Source: Ignavibacteriaceae bacterium
GTDB lineage: Bacteria; Bacteroidota; Ignavibacteria; Ignavibacteriales; Ignavibacteriaceae
DNA length: 43,525 nt
Assembly: GCA_036480595.1 (NCBI GenBank)
Contig: JAZGGS010000494.1
Coordinates: 1-43,525 of the forward strand
Direction: 5' to 3'
In this document: positions 29,994-39,868 of the stretch, one piece after another
Numbering within the stretch: position 1 is the stretch's first letter
Layout: each line of letters starts with the position of its first letter
The notes under the pieces: model-generated
Seen by the model: the letters and a program-made list of their open reading frames with translations, nothing else
The model's database searches: none
What the model was told of the DNA's origin: nothing
Translations under genes and position numbers: made by a program

Positions 29994-32320
29994 TGGCACA
30001 AGCGGGTAGTTTATGGGTAAAATTAGGACTTAGAGATAAAGAATTTAATTCTAAGCTTACCAAGGCGCAAGCAAAGACAAAAACGTTCACCTCTCAGGTG
30101 GGAAAATTAGGGGCTGCTTTAGGGGCCGGATTGGGTATTATCGCCGTTGTCAATCTCACTAAAAAAATAGTAACACTGCAAGCTGAATTTTCAAGTATGC
30201 TATCCAGGGTAAATGCCTTGACTAATGCAACTTCTGAAATGTCGGCTGCTTTAAGAATACAAGCCCAGGTATTAGGCCGTGAAACCCAATTCACAGCTAC
30301 ACAGGCAGCTGAGGCAATGACTTTCTTGGCTCAAGCAGGGCTTAACGTCAATGAGATTTATACAGCCATGCCTAACACGTTAGAGCTTGCAGCGGTTGGT
30401 CAAATAAGTTTAGCTGAAGCGGCAGATATTTCAACCAATGTAATGAGTGCATATGGTTTACAGGCCGAGGATTTAGGTCGTGTAAATGATATAATCGCAA
30501 ATACATCAACGAAGGCAAATACAAACGTAAGAGAATTTGCAGAGGCTTTTAAAATGGTCGGGCCTGTTGCTAAATCAGCAAAACAAAAATTAGTAGATAT
30601 ATCAGCCCAAATTGGATTATTAGCAAACGCAGGCATAAAGGGAACAATGGCAGGTACGGCTTTACGTACTATGATTTCAAAACTAATTAATCCAACTGGG
30701 GACGCGGCTGATATATTAGAGGATTTTAATATACAAACTCAAAATTTAGCCGGTGACGGGATACGACCTTTAAATGACATTCTTAGTGAAATGAGGGAGA
30801 AGGGTGTCGGATTAAAGGAAATGTTTGAAATCTTTGATTTGAGAGCCGCTGGATCAGCCGATGTATTAAAAGCATTAAGCGGAGATTTTGAAGAATTTGC
30901 TGAAACTGTTGGAGTTTCGGGCACCGCTGCAAGAGTAGCCGCAGAGCAGATGGATAATTTAAAGGGTGATTTATTGCGGGTTACCTCCGCGTGGGAAGGT
31001 GCTCTGTTGTCATTAGGACAAAGTAATGATGGTTTTATGCGATCAGTAGCACAAGCGGCTGCAGGTGTGTTAAATTGGATTACACCGCAAGAGAAACTTA
31101 GTGAGACATTGATGAAGACCCGCATTCAATTGAATGCAGAAATTGACGCTTTAAAATCCGGCAATATTACAGGCGATGCAAGGGTAGGATTAATTGATGA
31201 GATAAACCGAAAGTATAAAGATTATTTACCAAACCTGATTACTGAAACAGCATCCATAGAGGATTTAAATAAATTACAAGCCAAAGCAAATGAGTTATTA
31301 TTTGACAGGATAAAATTAAGAGCGCAAGAAGAAATTTTAGCAGAGGAGCTTGAGAAAGTTTTTGTTATTGAAAAGAAACTTAAACTAGAAGCTATCAAGT
31401 TAGAGAAAATGCGTAATACTGAAATCAGTAAATACGCTACTTCATTGGCTGGTATGCAAACTCCTTTAGAGGCTCATAATCTTGCAACAGGAATCCAGTC
31501 TGGTAAAGTTGAAAAATTAGTCGGAAATTTACAGGAAGCAAAAACAGCTTTTGAGGAATTAAAATCATCAATGACATTTACAACTGACGTGCCAACTGAT
31601 GCACCAAGCGGCGGCGGTGGTGGCGGTGGTGGCGGTGGTGATACCGATGTTTTATTAGAGCAATTAAAAGCAATAGAAGAAGAGGCCGCTGCACTTGACG
31701 AAGTAATTGATGAGATAACACAGCCTTGGGAGTTTGGCGAAGTAACTGAAAGTATTGCAGATCAATATTTTCCGATCATTGATGAAATGATTGAAAAAAA
31801 TGATGAGGTACGCAGATCATTTGTAAGCATAGAAGCCGCGTCAAAAGTTGCTTTTGCTACAATGTTGGAAAATTCAAAAGCGTGGGCAGAAGGTTTAGCA
31901 GAGGCGACTGCAAGATCAGGCGCAGGATTAGCAGAATTTGGAAATGAACTTCGCAGAGCGATCAAAGAATCTATTGCACTTTATTTAAGCCAGGCAGTAG
32001 CGGCAATGGTTACAGGTGCTATAAGAGATACAGCTTTAGCGTCCGGCCCATTTGGTTTTTTACTTGCTCCATTAGCGGCAGCAGGAGCGGCGGCTTTAGC
32101 CAATTCCGCGTTCGATGCTTTAATCCCATCCTTTCAAACAGGAACAGACTTTGTGCCTTTCACCGGAATGGCTCAACTGCATAGGGGTGAGGCTGTTATT
32201 CCGGCTTCAGAAAATAGAGCAGGCAGAAATATACACATCACAGGTGAGCTAGTAGCAAGGGGTGATGATTTAGTATTTATCTTTGATGAAGAAATGCGTA
32301 AAATAGGAAATACTCAATAA
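29993..32320 (+). CDS. Tail tape measure protein
   Basis: 775 aa. It carries the TP901-type core pattern ...FAEAFKMVGPVAKSA...LLANAGIKGTMAGTALRTMISKL..., is rich in Ala and Leu, and contains a Gly10 tract. Confidence 0.9.
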   Translation: MAQAGSLWVKLGLRDKEFNSKLTKAQAKTKTFTSQVGKLGAALGAGLGIIAVVNLTKKIVTLQAEFSSMLSRVNALTNATSEMSAALRIQAQVLGRETQFTATQAAEAMTFLAQAGLNVNEIYTAMPNTLELAAVGQISLAEAADISTNVMSAYGLQAEDLGRVNDIIANTSTKANTNVREFAEAFKMVGPVAKSAKQKLVDISAQIGLLANAGIKGTMAGTALRTMISKLINPTGDAADILEDFNIQTQNLAGDGIRPLNDILSEMREKGVGLKEMFEIFDLRAAGSADVLKALSGDFEEFAETVGVSGTAARVAAEQMDNLKGDLLRVTSAWEGALLSLGQSNDGFMRSVAQAAAGVLNWITPQEKLSETLMKTRIQLNAEIDALKSGNITGDARVGLIDEINRKYKDYLPNLITETASIEDLNKLQAKANELLFDRIKLRAQEEILAEELEKVFVIEKKLKLEAIKLEKMRNTEISKYATSLAGMQTPLEAHNLATGIQSGKVEKLVGNLQEAKTAFEELKSSMTFTTDVPTDAPSGGGGGGGGGGDTDVLLEQLKAIEEEAAALDEVIDEITQPWEFGEVTESIADQYFPIIDEMIEKNDEVRRSFVSIEAASKVAFATMLENSKAWAEGLAEATARSGAGLAEFGNELRRAIKESIALYLSQAVAAMVTGAIRDTALASGPFGFLLAPLAAAGAAALANSAFDALIPSFQTGTDFVPFTGMAQLHRGEAVIPASENRAGRNIHITGELVARGDDLVFIFDEEMRKIGNTQ
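31610..31639 (+). repeat. GGY triplet repeat encoding Gly10 inside the tape measure
   Basis: ggc ggc ggt ggt ggc ggt ggt ggc ggt ggt. Confidence 0.9.
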
Positions 32321-35300
32321 TGGCATACGTAGAAGTACATTATGGGCAATGGGACGACGATGGAGGCACTGAACACCAAATAAAACTATTGCAGGAAGGT
32401 GGAAGCGGCCCCAGTGTTCGGATTGCTCTTTTAGCCCCTACGCCGTGTACTATTAGAAGACGCGGAGGCAAAAAAATACAACTAGAAAACCATATTTACG
32501 GAAGTGAATTAAAATTTAATTTTTTCGTTCACGATGACGACATAGCAACCTTTGACGCAATCTTCGAAAGTGAATATAAAGAATGGAAAATTGAACACTA
32601 CTATGACTCAGTCCTTGATTGGGTCGGGTGGTTATTGCCTGAGAATCATTCCCGTGGATGGATAAAGAAAGGAGATCATTACCCTATTTCTTTGAGTGCC
32701 ACAGATGGACTTGCGAAGCTGAAAGAAATTGAATTTGTTAATTTTTCAACCGGCGCACAATATACCGACCGTGTATCCATAATGACAACTCTTAAAAGGG
32801 CTTTGGAGCATGTGGGTCATGATCTTGATTTTAGGGTGCAGCTTGGGACTAATTGTACCAATGATACCTTAATGGCTGATACTGATTGCGCACTTGATAA
32901 AGTTACGGTAGATAGTGGCAGGTATGCAAAAGAAAAAGACGGGAGGCAAGTAAATGAGGATTGTTATACTTTAATTGAAAAAACTTTAAAAGATTTCAAT
33001 TGCTATTTAATCCAGGAAGACGGTCTTTACTGGATTGTTAATCCACAGGAAAAAGATAGTTTTTATTTTACTATTCAATGGGCTACGATTACAACAGTCG
33101 ATTCAAGAACAGCCCAAGATTTAGCAGTCAGTTTATCAGGTTACAAATATAATGGGTACGGTGAAAAACAAAAAATCCGTCCATTTGAATTAGTCGAGGC
33201 TACATTTAGGGATCGTAATGTTCAGGATAGTTTATTAGATAATGGTGATTTCGCAGTAGCAAATACCGATGAATGGACTAACGGTGGTGACTTTGGATAT
33301 TTTTCCGCTGATGCCTATGCAGAAAATAATGAGTTAGTAACACAGGTAAGGGTTGATATTGACGGCGTACCTTCAGCTACTCCAAATTTTTATTCAGACG
33401 CTCAATCTATTTCAGTACGCGGTGAATCCGATCAAATACAGATTAAATTTAAATTACGCTGTACTGACATTGATATGGACGTCGGTTTTGGCGGGCCTAG
33501 TCATTTAGAGCGAACAGTTGTAACTTGTCGATTGAGAAAAGGAAGTCCGACCGGGGCAATACTTACGGCGGGAATACCTATTACATTAGGCCAGTCAGAC
33601 TCAACTTATACGGAATACGTTTTATTATTTAATTTATCTGAAACCGATGATTATCATATTGAATTTTTAGTTGACAGCGAAGTGGTAACCGAATCATGGG
33701 CTGACTTTGATCTTATTGAGGTACGCTTTGATGACATAAGTATAACCGCTCTTTATACAGATGGGCCGGATATTACTTTTGATGCATTCTATAAAATTAC
33801 TAATACAGATAGTGATTTCATTGATAAGTTTGAACATGAAATGTTTTTCGGTGATTCCGTCCAGGATAATGACATAGGCAGTTTTCAGATTAGCGGAACC
33901 CGTACAGAAACATGGGATAGATTTGGAAAAACTGAGGACACATCAATACAGATTTTATCTGCTCAAAATATAATTGAGAATTTTGGTCAATATAAAGATT
34001 ATTTAAGATTTCAAATATTAGATCCTGATCACAGTATAAAGGCTTATAATCTCTTAAATACAGACAGTAAAGATTACCAGATTCTTAGTCATACTATTGT
34101 TTTTGCAAAGTCTGAAAAGAAACATATAAAAACAGAAGTAGCGGAGGTTTTAAATGCTGCTGTGGGCACTTCAGTTACTCAACAATTACTTACTACTATT
34201 GACGGGAAAATAAGTTCGGCTTCGACTGTAATTAATTATTCGCCAGTATCAATACCAAGCAAACAGGATTTACAAAGTGTGACTAATGAAGGATCAACTA
34301 CAACATTAAGTAAGAATGTAAGTTTTTCATTAATTGGGAATAAAACATTTTTACAAAATGTCTTGGACGATAGCGTTAATTATGAATATGGTTTTTTATC
34401 TCTTCAAAAAGGTAAATTATGGTTATTATCAAATTACTCATCTGATATTGGTCAGTCCGATGGTTATTATGGCGAAATCACTTTAAATTCAAGCTCGTCT
34501 GATGGTAGTGTTATACTAACCGCCCGAGATATAAGTGGAGCACTTAGCAAAATAATAACAATAGACAAAACATCAATAAAAATAAATAGTAATAATGCGG
34601 CAAGTACTTCTACAGTTGAATTTGATGGTGAGTTTATAGAAATACGTGGAACAGGAAATTTCAAAGGAGGTAGATATGATGCTGATTATTCTGCTAACTG
34701 GGGCGCAATAGATGCAAGCAATTTATATATTCCTCATGTAGGATGGATAGTTTCTAATTTTACAGGGGCCGGTGCATTGGAGGATTTAACGGACGTTACA
34801 ATTACATCAATCGCATCCGGGGAAGTACTTAAATGGAATGGGTCTGCATGGGTTAATAACACATTATTGGAAGCATTAATTGAGGCCGCATTAGGAAACC
34901 CCGGTACTAATGGCTATATATTATCCTCTTTAACAAACGGGACCAGGTCGTGGGTTCCTCCGTCAGCGACAACATTAGCCGCATTAACCGATACTAATAT
35001 AAGTTCATTAGCAAGTGGCGATGTCTTTAAATATGATGGGGCAAATTGGATAAACGTAACAATACCCAATTCAGGATTGGAGGCCAGTTTGGGCAATCCC
35101 GGAACAGATGATTTTCTATTATCATCAAAAGCAGATGGAACCAGATCATGGGTAGGCCCTCATAGCACACTGACAAAAATAGTTGATATTGATGATTGGA
35201 ACATGGATGGCACATCATCAATAACGGTTGCACACGGGGTTACACTAGCTAAAATCCGGAAAGTATATGCATTAATCCGAAACGATGCTAATGATACATA

Positions 35301-35472
35301 TTATCCATTGGATACGGTTGCGGTTGGCGCAAGTGCTTCGGCTGGAGGTGTAATCAGTATGAACGCAAGTAACATAACAATTGGAAGGACTACCTCCGGT
35401 TTATTTGATTCAACAGATTTCAATGCAACATCATATAATCGTGGGTGGGTAACAATTGAATATATACCATAA
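32320..35472 (+). CDS. Large distal tail / host-recognition protein (1050 aa)
   Basis: It lies immediately after the tape measure (TAATG overlap) and contains a tandem 66-aa duplication near the C-terminus. Confidence 0.75.
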   Translation: MAYVEVHYGQWDDDGGTEHQIKLLQEGGSGPSVRIALLAPTPCTIRRRGGKKIQLENHIYGSELKFNFFVHDDDIATFDAIFESEYKEWKIEHYYDSVLDWVGWLLPENHSRGWIKKGDHYPISLSATDGLAKLKEIEFVNFSTGAQYTDRVSIMTTLKRALEHVGHDLDFRVQLGTNCTNDTLMADTDCALDKVTVDSGRYAKEKDGRQVNEDCYTLIEKTLKDFNCYLIQEDGLYWIVNPQEKDSFYFTIQWATITTVDSRTAQDLAVSLSGYKYNGYGEKQKIRPFELVEATFRDRNVQDSLLDNGDFAVANTDEWTNGGDFGYFSADAYAENNELVTQVRVDIDGVPSATPNFYSDAQSISVRGESDQIQIKFKLRCTDIDMDVGFGGPSHLERTVVTCRLRKGSPTGAILTAGIPITLGQSDSTYTEYVLLFNLSETDDYHIEFLVDSEVVTESWADFDLIEVRFDDISITALYTDGPDITFDAFYKITNTDSDFIDKFEHEMFFGDSVQDNDIGSFQISGTRTETWDRFGKTEDTSIQILSAQNIIENFGQYKDYLRFQILDPDHSIKAYNLLNTDSKDYQILSHTIVFAKSEKKHIKTEVAEVLNAAVGTSVTQQLLTTIDGKISSASTVINYSPVSIPSKQDLQSVTNEGSTTTLSKNVSFSLIGNKTFLQNVLDDSVNYEYGFLSLQKGKLWLLSNYSSDIGQSDGYYGEITLNSSSSDGSVILTARDISGALSKIITIDKTSIKINSNNAASTSTVEFDGEFIEIRGTGNFKGGRYDADYSANWGAIDASNLYIPHVGWIVSNFTGAGALEDLTDVTITSIASGEVLKWNGSAWVNNTLLEALIEAALGNPGTNGYILSSLTNGTRSWVPPSATTLAALTDTNISSLASGDVFKYDGANWINVTIPNSGLEASLGNPGTDDFLLSSKADGTRSWVGPHSTLTKIVDIDDWNMDGTSSITVAHGVTLAKIRKVYALIRNDANDTYYPLDTVAVGASASAGGVISMNASNITIGRTTSGLFDSTDFNATSYNRGWVTIEYIP
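34777..35172 (+). repeat. Tandem in-frame duplication, 2 x 198 nt (66 aa)
   Basis: Unit 1 reads LEDLTDVTITSIASGEVLKWNGSAWVNN...LGNPGTNGYILSSLTNGTRSWVPP. Unit 2 reads LAALTDTNISSLASGDVFKYDGANWINV...LGNPGTDDFLLSSKADGTRSWVGP. Confidence 0.85.
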
Positions 35473-35490
35473 AAGAAATATATTTGTATT

Positions 35491-35832
35491 ATGGCAACTT
35501 TAAAACTAAAAAGCGGGGACGATAATCCAGTTAAATTTGTAATTACAGATTCGGACGGGGATGCTGTAAATTTAACAGGCGGAACAATTAAATTTAAGAT
35601 TGCGAAAACCAGATCGACAACTGATGCAAACGCAGAATATTTTGGTGAATATACATCCTTTACAAGTGCGGTAACAGGTACACATATTGAAACAATACCG
35701 GACGCAACATCAAAAGACTGGACGCCGGATAACTATATATTTCAATCCAGGTTTGAAGATTCTGAAGGATTGGTTCAGAGTGAGGATGTTGACATTTGTG
35801 AGATTGAAGAAAATGCTATTGACGATGAGTAA
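35491..35832 (+). CDS. Hypothetical tail protein (113 aa)
   Basis: Track ORF. Confidence 0.7.
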   Translation: MATLKLKSGDDNPVKFVITDSDGDAVNLTGGTIKFKIAKTRSTTDANAEYFGEYTSFTSAVTGTHIETIPDATSKDWTPDNYIFQSRFEDSEGLVQSEDVDICEIEENAIDDE

Positions 35833-36007
35833 TATTAGTACGGAAGTTTTAAAATATAATATTGTAACTTCGTTAAATGAGGATGCAAGTTTGGATTTAC
35901 AAATCCCATTTACAATCCCGTTTACAATCCCTGGAACAAAAACGGATACAATAAAAAATATTTCAACCACTGTGTTAAAGTATAACATTTCAACAACACT
36001 GGCATGA
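35825..36007 (+). CDS. Small repeat-containing protein (60 aa; ATG inside track ORF 35687-36007)
   Basis: MSNISTEVLKYNIVTSL...IPFTIPFTIPG...NISTTVLKYNISTTLA. The start overlaps the upstream gene end, and the stop overlaps ATG 36004 (ATGA). Confidence 0.5.
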   Translation: MSNISTEVLKYNIVTSLNEDASLDLQIPFTIPFTIPGTKTDTIKNISTTVLKYNISTTLA

Positions 36008-37773
36008 GTAAAAATATAACATGGGATGATCGGGCAGATAATAGCACGCCAACGAACGAAACAACGGAGGCGGCGGCTACCATCTTCAATACAATGAAAG
36101 CGTTTCATAATAACCCATCTCAAGATTTATCTACATTTGATGGATTGACATTGGTCATTGATGGAACCGGATCATATACGAATTTCACAATGGCCGCACA
36201 TCTTAGTATTACCTTTGCTGAAAGTGCTCATGAAAAGGGAAATATTCACATTGTAAAAATTACAACGGATGGGAGTTATAATTTAACCTTTGTCAAACCG
36301 GCGGGGATAGTACTTACTAATTTTACCGGACTGACAAATGGCGCTCAATTAGCGAGCGGTGTATATATGCTTATGTTTTTCTTTGATGGAACAAATATAA
36401 ATATTAGCAAGTTATCGGGATCAAATATAACAAACGCGGGGCCGACCCTAGACAGTATTGCGGTTAATTCTGATAACACAGCCGTTACACTTACATTCAG
36501 CGTTGGCAGCTATGCAAACAACAACGGAACCGGTGATTTACTGGTAAATGATTTTACAGCACAATTAGCAAGTGGCACGGCTACCAATCCGGTATTAAGC
36601 GTTCCGACTCATAGTGCGGGAGATAGTACCGCCGCATTTACATTAAGCTATACAGGGACGGCCAACGGAGCCGAGGTCTTGACGATAACACCCGCTAACG
36701 ATGCAAGTGTTTACGAAGTTGGGGGGACTGCAATGGACTCAGGCGAAACAGCAAACGACAATTTAAAAGACCAAACCGCACCCACCTTAATAAGTGCAAC
36801 GATTGAAAATGCTACCGATGATATACTAGATTTAGTTAAGTCAGAATCTGTAAATATTACAATTACAGGATGGGGCATCGATACTGACGGAGCCGCATTA
36901 AGTATTATTAGTGTAGCTTCAGGAGACGGAACGAGTACACCAAAATTGCAGCTTTCAAGATCAGTATTGAATACGGAAACATTAAATATAGATTATGATT
37001 CTGGGGTAGGAGATACAACAGATACAGCGACTATACCAAACACACTTGCAAGTATAACTGATGAAGCAGTTGTTAATAACGTTGCATCCGGTTATACGTT
37101 CGCTAATACTCATTCAATGGTCACAGGAGGCAGTGATGGCGCCGAAATAACAGCAGATACATTTTGGCCTAAAAATGGAGGTGAACAACCATTTTCGTGG
37201 GGCTTATGGGTGAAAACACCTAACAGTTTCGATTCTACTAAAGTTATTGAATTGGAGAACGGGGATAGTGCTAGGACGTTTAATTTTACAATAACCACGG
37301 GGGCAGCGTTGAGAGCAAAAATAAGAAATACTGACACAAATTGGTTCCAAAAAGGTACGGCTAATTCATTCCTCACAACAAATACATGGTATCATATTGT
37401 TGTAACGTATGACGGTGATTATACAGGCGGTACAGCAAGTTTAAATATGTATGTAGATGGTTCAGTACAAGGATCATTTACAAGTGGAGGTACATTTGTT
37501 GGAATTGATGATTTGGCGGCAGGGTCAAAATTGATAATTCCAGAACTGGGTGATGATGGATGGAAATTTAACTTTAGTCGATTTTATGATGCTGATATGT
37601 CGGCTAATATAGCCACTATATACAATAGTGGTGTAGTTCCTGATTTATCAGGAGAAGGATATTTTAGTAACATAAAATCAGAGATGCCATTTAATAATGA
37701 TTTAACGGCTTTAGTTGGCCCAGATGGATCAACGGTAGGTAGTCCGACATTTGACACAGATTTACCAACGTGA
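36004..37773 (+). CDS. Tail fibre / receptor-binding protein with a C-terminal LamG (concanavalin-like) domain
   Basis: 589 aa. ...FSWGLWVK...TWYHIVVTYDG...LNMYVDGSVQG... is a typical Laminin_G_3-like pattern. Confidence 0.6.
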   Translation: MSKNITWDDRADNSTPTNETTEAAATIFNTMKAFHNNPSQDLSTFDGLTLVIDGTGSYTNFTMAAHLSITFAESAHEKGNIHIVKITTDGSYNLTFVKPAGIVLTNFTGLTNGAQLASGVYMLMFFFDGTNINISKLSGSNITNAGPTLDSIAVNSDNTAVTLTFSVGSYANNNGTGDLLVNDFTAQLASGTATNPVLSVPTHSAGDSTAAFTLSYTGTANGAEVLTITPANDASVYEVGGTAMDSGETANDNLKDQTAPTLISATIENATDDILDLVKSESVNITITGWGIDTDGAALSIISVASGDGTSTPKLQLSRSVLNTETLNIDYDSGVGDTTDTATIPNTLASITDEAVVNNVASGYTFANTHSMVTGGSDGAEITADTFWPKNGGEQPFSWGLWVKTPNSFDSTKVIELENGDSARTFNFTITTGAALRAKIRNTDTNWFQKGTANSFLTTNTWYHIVVTYDGDYTGGTASLNMYVDGSVQGSFTSGGTFVGIDDLAAGSKLIIPELGDDGWKFNFSRFYDADMSANIATIYNSGVVPDLSGEGYFSNIKSEMPFNNDLTALVGPDGSTVGSPTFDTDLPT

Positions 37774-38927
37774 TAAGAAGAAATTTTATTAAATGGGTAT
37801 CCCTATGTTTAATCAGTTGTAAAGAAGAAATGAATTTATTTAATTTTTCTGGTAGCATAACGAATTTAAAAATATGGATTTCAGGAGATCCTCATCTTGC
37901 TCAATCTGTTTCACAGATAGATTATAATTCAATATCTGAACCTATGCAAGATTTGGAAGATATTAATTTTAATTATGATTTAGCTTTAAGTATTGGTGAT
38001 TTTGGAAGTGAACAAGCTCCGCCAGTTCAGGGAGATTCTGAAGCAGGGGAGCAAGTTTCAACAGCCTTAAACAGTCAATCAAACAGGAATAAAATATACA
38101 CAATTCCTGGTAATCATGATGCAGGTGATGGTGAATTTGAATGGTTTGAAAGATATATTGATATAAAAGGCGACAATACTGCTTTTAGCGGCGTTAATAA
38201 TGCAAACAGACCTTTTCTAATCACATATTTAAACCCATCAGTATGGCAGGATGGATATTATATTACAATAGGTAATTTATTAATATTGATGATCCCAGAT
38301 AGGAATGAATTGCCTATTCAATATGGCCGTGGCGGGTTATCAGTAAATGGAGGTTATCCATCAGGCGCAATTACGCTGAATACTTGGAATTTAATAAAGA
38401 CTTTTATTTTAGCAAATACAGACAAAAATATTTTTGTTTGTACACATCAAAATCCAAGAAATACAACAATAGGAACTCCTGATGATGATGGTGTAAATGG
38501 AAACTTTCACTCTTCAAATACTGGAATAAGTGCGGGTGCTGGATCAATTTATTCAATTTATGATGAAGGAATACCCGCGAACACAGACAATGCTACGGAC
38601 GAAATATTAAATTTTTTTTCTACTAATCCAACGCATTCAGTGAGTTTATGGATGGCGGGACATACTCATACATATGTGGGCCAAACTTATAATGGCAAGA
38701 GTCATAAATTTACATCTAACGGAGTTCAATTTCTTAATATTGCAGCATTAACTAAAACCTTTGTAAATACTGCAGATATTGATTCGAGAAGTTGGACTAT
38801 TGAAATAAACAATAGTAATGTTAATTTAAAATGCTATGTTCATAATCCTGAAACTAGCGGAGTAATAAAGGGGTACAGGGGAGATCATGAGTTTGACATA
38901 ACATTAAATAGACCGTTTGAAATATAA
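37770..38927 (+). CDS. Calcineurin-like metallophosphoesterase with a twin-arginine/lipoprotein-type signal
   Basis: The N-terminus is MIRRNFIKWVSLCLISCKEE. The motifs GDPHL, GDFG, GNHD, THQNP and GHTH occur in the canonical order. Confidence 0.75.
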   Translation: MIRRNFIKWVSLCLISCKEEMNLFNFSGSITNLKIWISGDPHLAQSVSQIDYNSISEPMQDLEDINFNYDLALSIGDFGSEQAPPVQGDSEAGEQVSTALNSQSNRNKIYTIPGNHDAGDGEFEWFERYIDIKGDNTAFSGVNNANRPFLITYLNPSVWQDGYYITIGNLLILMIPDRNELPIQYGRGGLSVNGGYPSGAITLNTWNLIKTFILANTDKNIFVCTHQNPRNTTIGTPDDDGVNGNFHSSNTGISAGAGSIYSIYDEGIPANTDNATDEILNFFSTNPTHSVSLWMAGHTHTYVGQTYNGKSHKFTSNGVQFLNIAALTKTFVNTADIDSRSWTIEINNSNVNLKCYVHNPETSGVIKGYRGDHEFDITLNRPFEI

Positions 38928-38974
38928 TGTAAGAAATAAAATACGTTAGCGAAGTAGTTTTTAATTAAAACAAA

Positions 38975-39094
38975 ATGAAAGACAAAGAACAAAAAGAAGC
39001 GCAAAAATTAATTGAACGGATTGAAAAGGATCTGGGTAAATTAAAAGCAATAGTAGCATCTCAACCAGGCGGAGGAGGACAAAAACCTCCATGA
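38975..39094 (+). CDS. Possible small protein (39 aa)
   Basis: MKDKEQKEAQKLIERIEKDLGKLKAIVASQPGGGGQKPP. Confidence 0.4.
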   Translation: MKDKEQKEAQKLIERIEKDLGKLKAIVASQPGGGGQKPP

Positions 39095-39095
39095 A

Positions 39096-39455
39096 ATGAT
39101 GACTAAAAAGATTATTATTAGTCTGTTTTTGATTTTATTATCACTGTCAATATTTGATAAAGCCGTAAAATATACAGATGAATTTTCTGTAAATTTAAGT
39201 GTGCAGTATAATGGTTCATGGATGTTATTTGCTGCAATAGTCGCTTATATAGGGTATTCGGCAACCAGAAAGCGATTAGAAAAGCGATTATTAATAATAT
39301 TAGTTATGCCTTTTTTACTAAGATTTGGATTAAATTTGATAGCGATTAATAAAAGTTATGATATGTATTCAAAAATAGTAAACAATGACTATGTTGATTT
39401 ATTTACTTGGATATTCTTGGCAATGTTCTTAATCATAGCATTATGCACAAAATAA
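39096..39455 (+). CDS. Membrane protein (119 aa, about 4 hydrophobic segments); holin-like candidate
   Basis: Track ORF. The hydrophobic spans are visible by eye. Confidence 0.65.
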   Translation: MMTKKIIISLFLILLSLSIFDKAVKYTDEFSVNLSVQYNGSWMLFAAIVAYIGYSATRKRLEKRLLIILVMPFLLRFGLNLIAINKSYDMYSKIVNNDYVDLFTWIFLAMFLIIALCTK

Positions 39456-39868
39456 GAACGCATAGTATATTATTTGCATTGACCATCATTTTTATATTGA
39501 TTGTCTTAACAGTAATTTTATACCCGTTTGATTTCGCAAGCAGAGATATAAATAAGATTTATACGGATAATTCCGGGGTCGTCTGGTTGCTTGGTATCAT
39601 TATTGGTTTGGTTATAATGGGTTTCCAGTATTTTAATTTTTTAGTGTTAGCCCTGGTAAAGCGATTATCAAAAGACAATGAACAAAAAAATACTGAAATA
39701 ATAGAAAATCAAAAAGATTCATTTACTCAATTTGAAGAATTAACACAATCTATTACGGACATGGATAAATTTTACATCGAAAAATGGAAAGAAGTTAAAA
39801 CGGATATTAGTAGTATTGAGAAAAGATTAGACAGTCATAGTGATAGAATCGCAAATTTAGAAGGATGA
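39443..39868 (+). CDS. Membrane protein with a C-terminal coiled coil (141 aa; track start 39407 is the alternative)
   Basis: Two hydrophobic spans are followed by a Glu/Lys-rich tail. Starting at ATG 39443 minimises overlap with the upstream gene. Confidence 0.6.
   Translation: MHKIRTHSILFALTIIFILIVLTVILYPFDFASRDINKIYTDNSGVVWLLGIIIGLVIMGFQYFNFLVLALVKRLSKDNEQKNTEIIENQKDSFTQFEELTQSITDMDKFYIEKWKEVKTDISSIEKRLDSHSDRIANLEG

Noticed and set aside
29860-30090. Minus-strand ORF in the gap between the chaperone and the tape measure
   Set aside because: The gap is explained by the -1 frameshift extension (gpGT) on the + strand.
34777-35172. The tail-fibre tandem repeat as a diversity-generating retroelement (template/variable repeat pair)
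   Set aside because: No reverse transcriptase gene exists in the genome, and differences between the two units are not confined to adenine positions.
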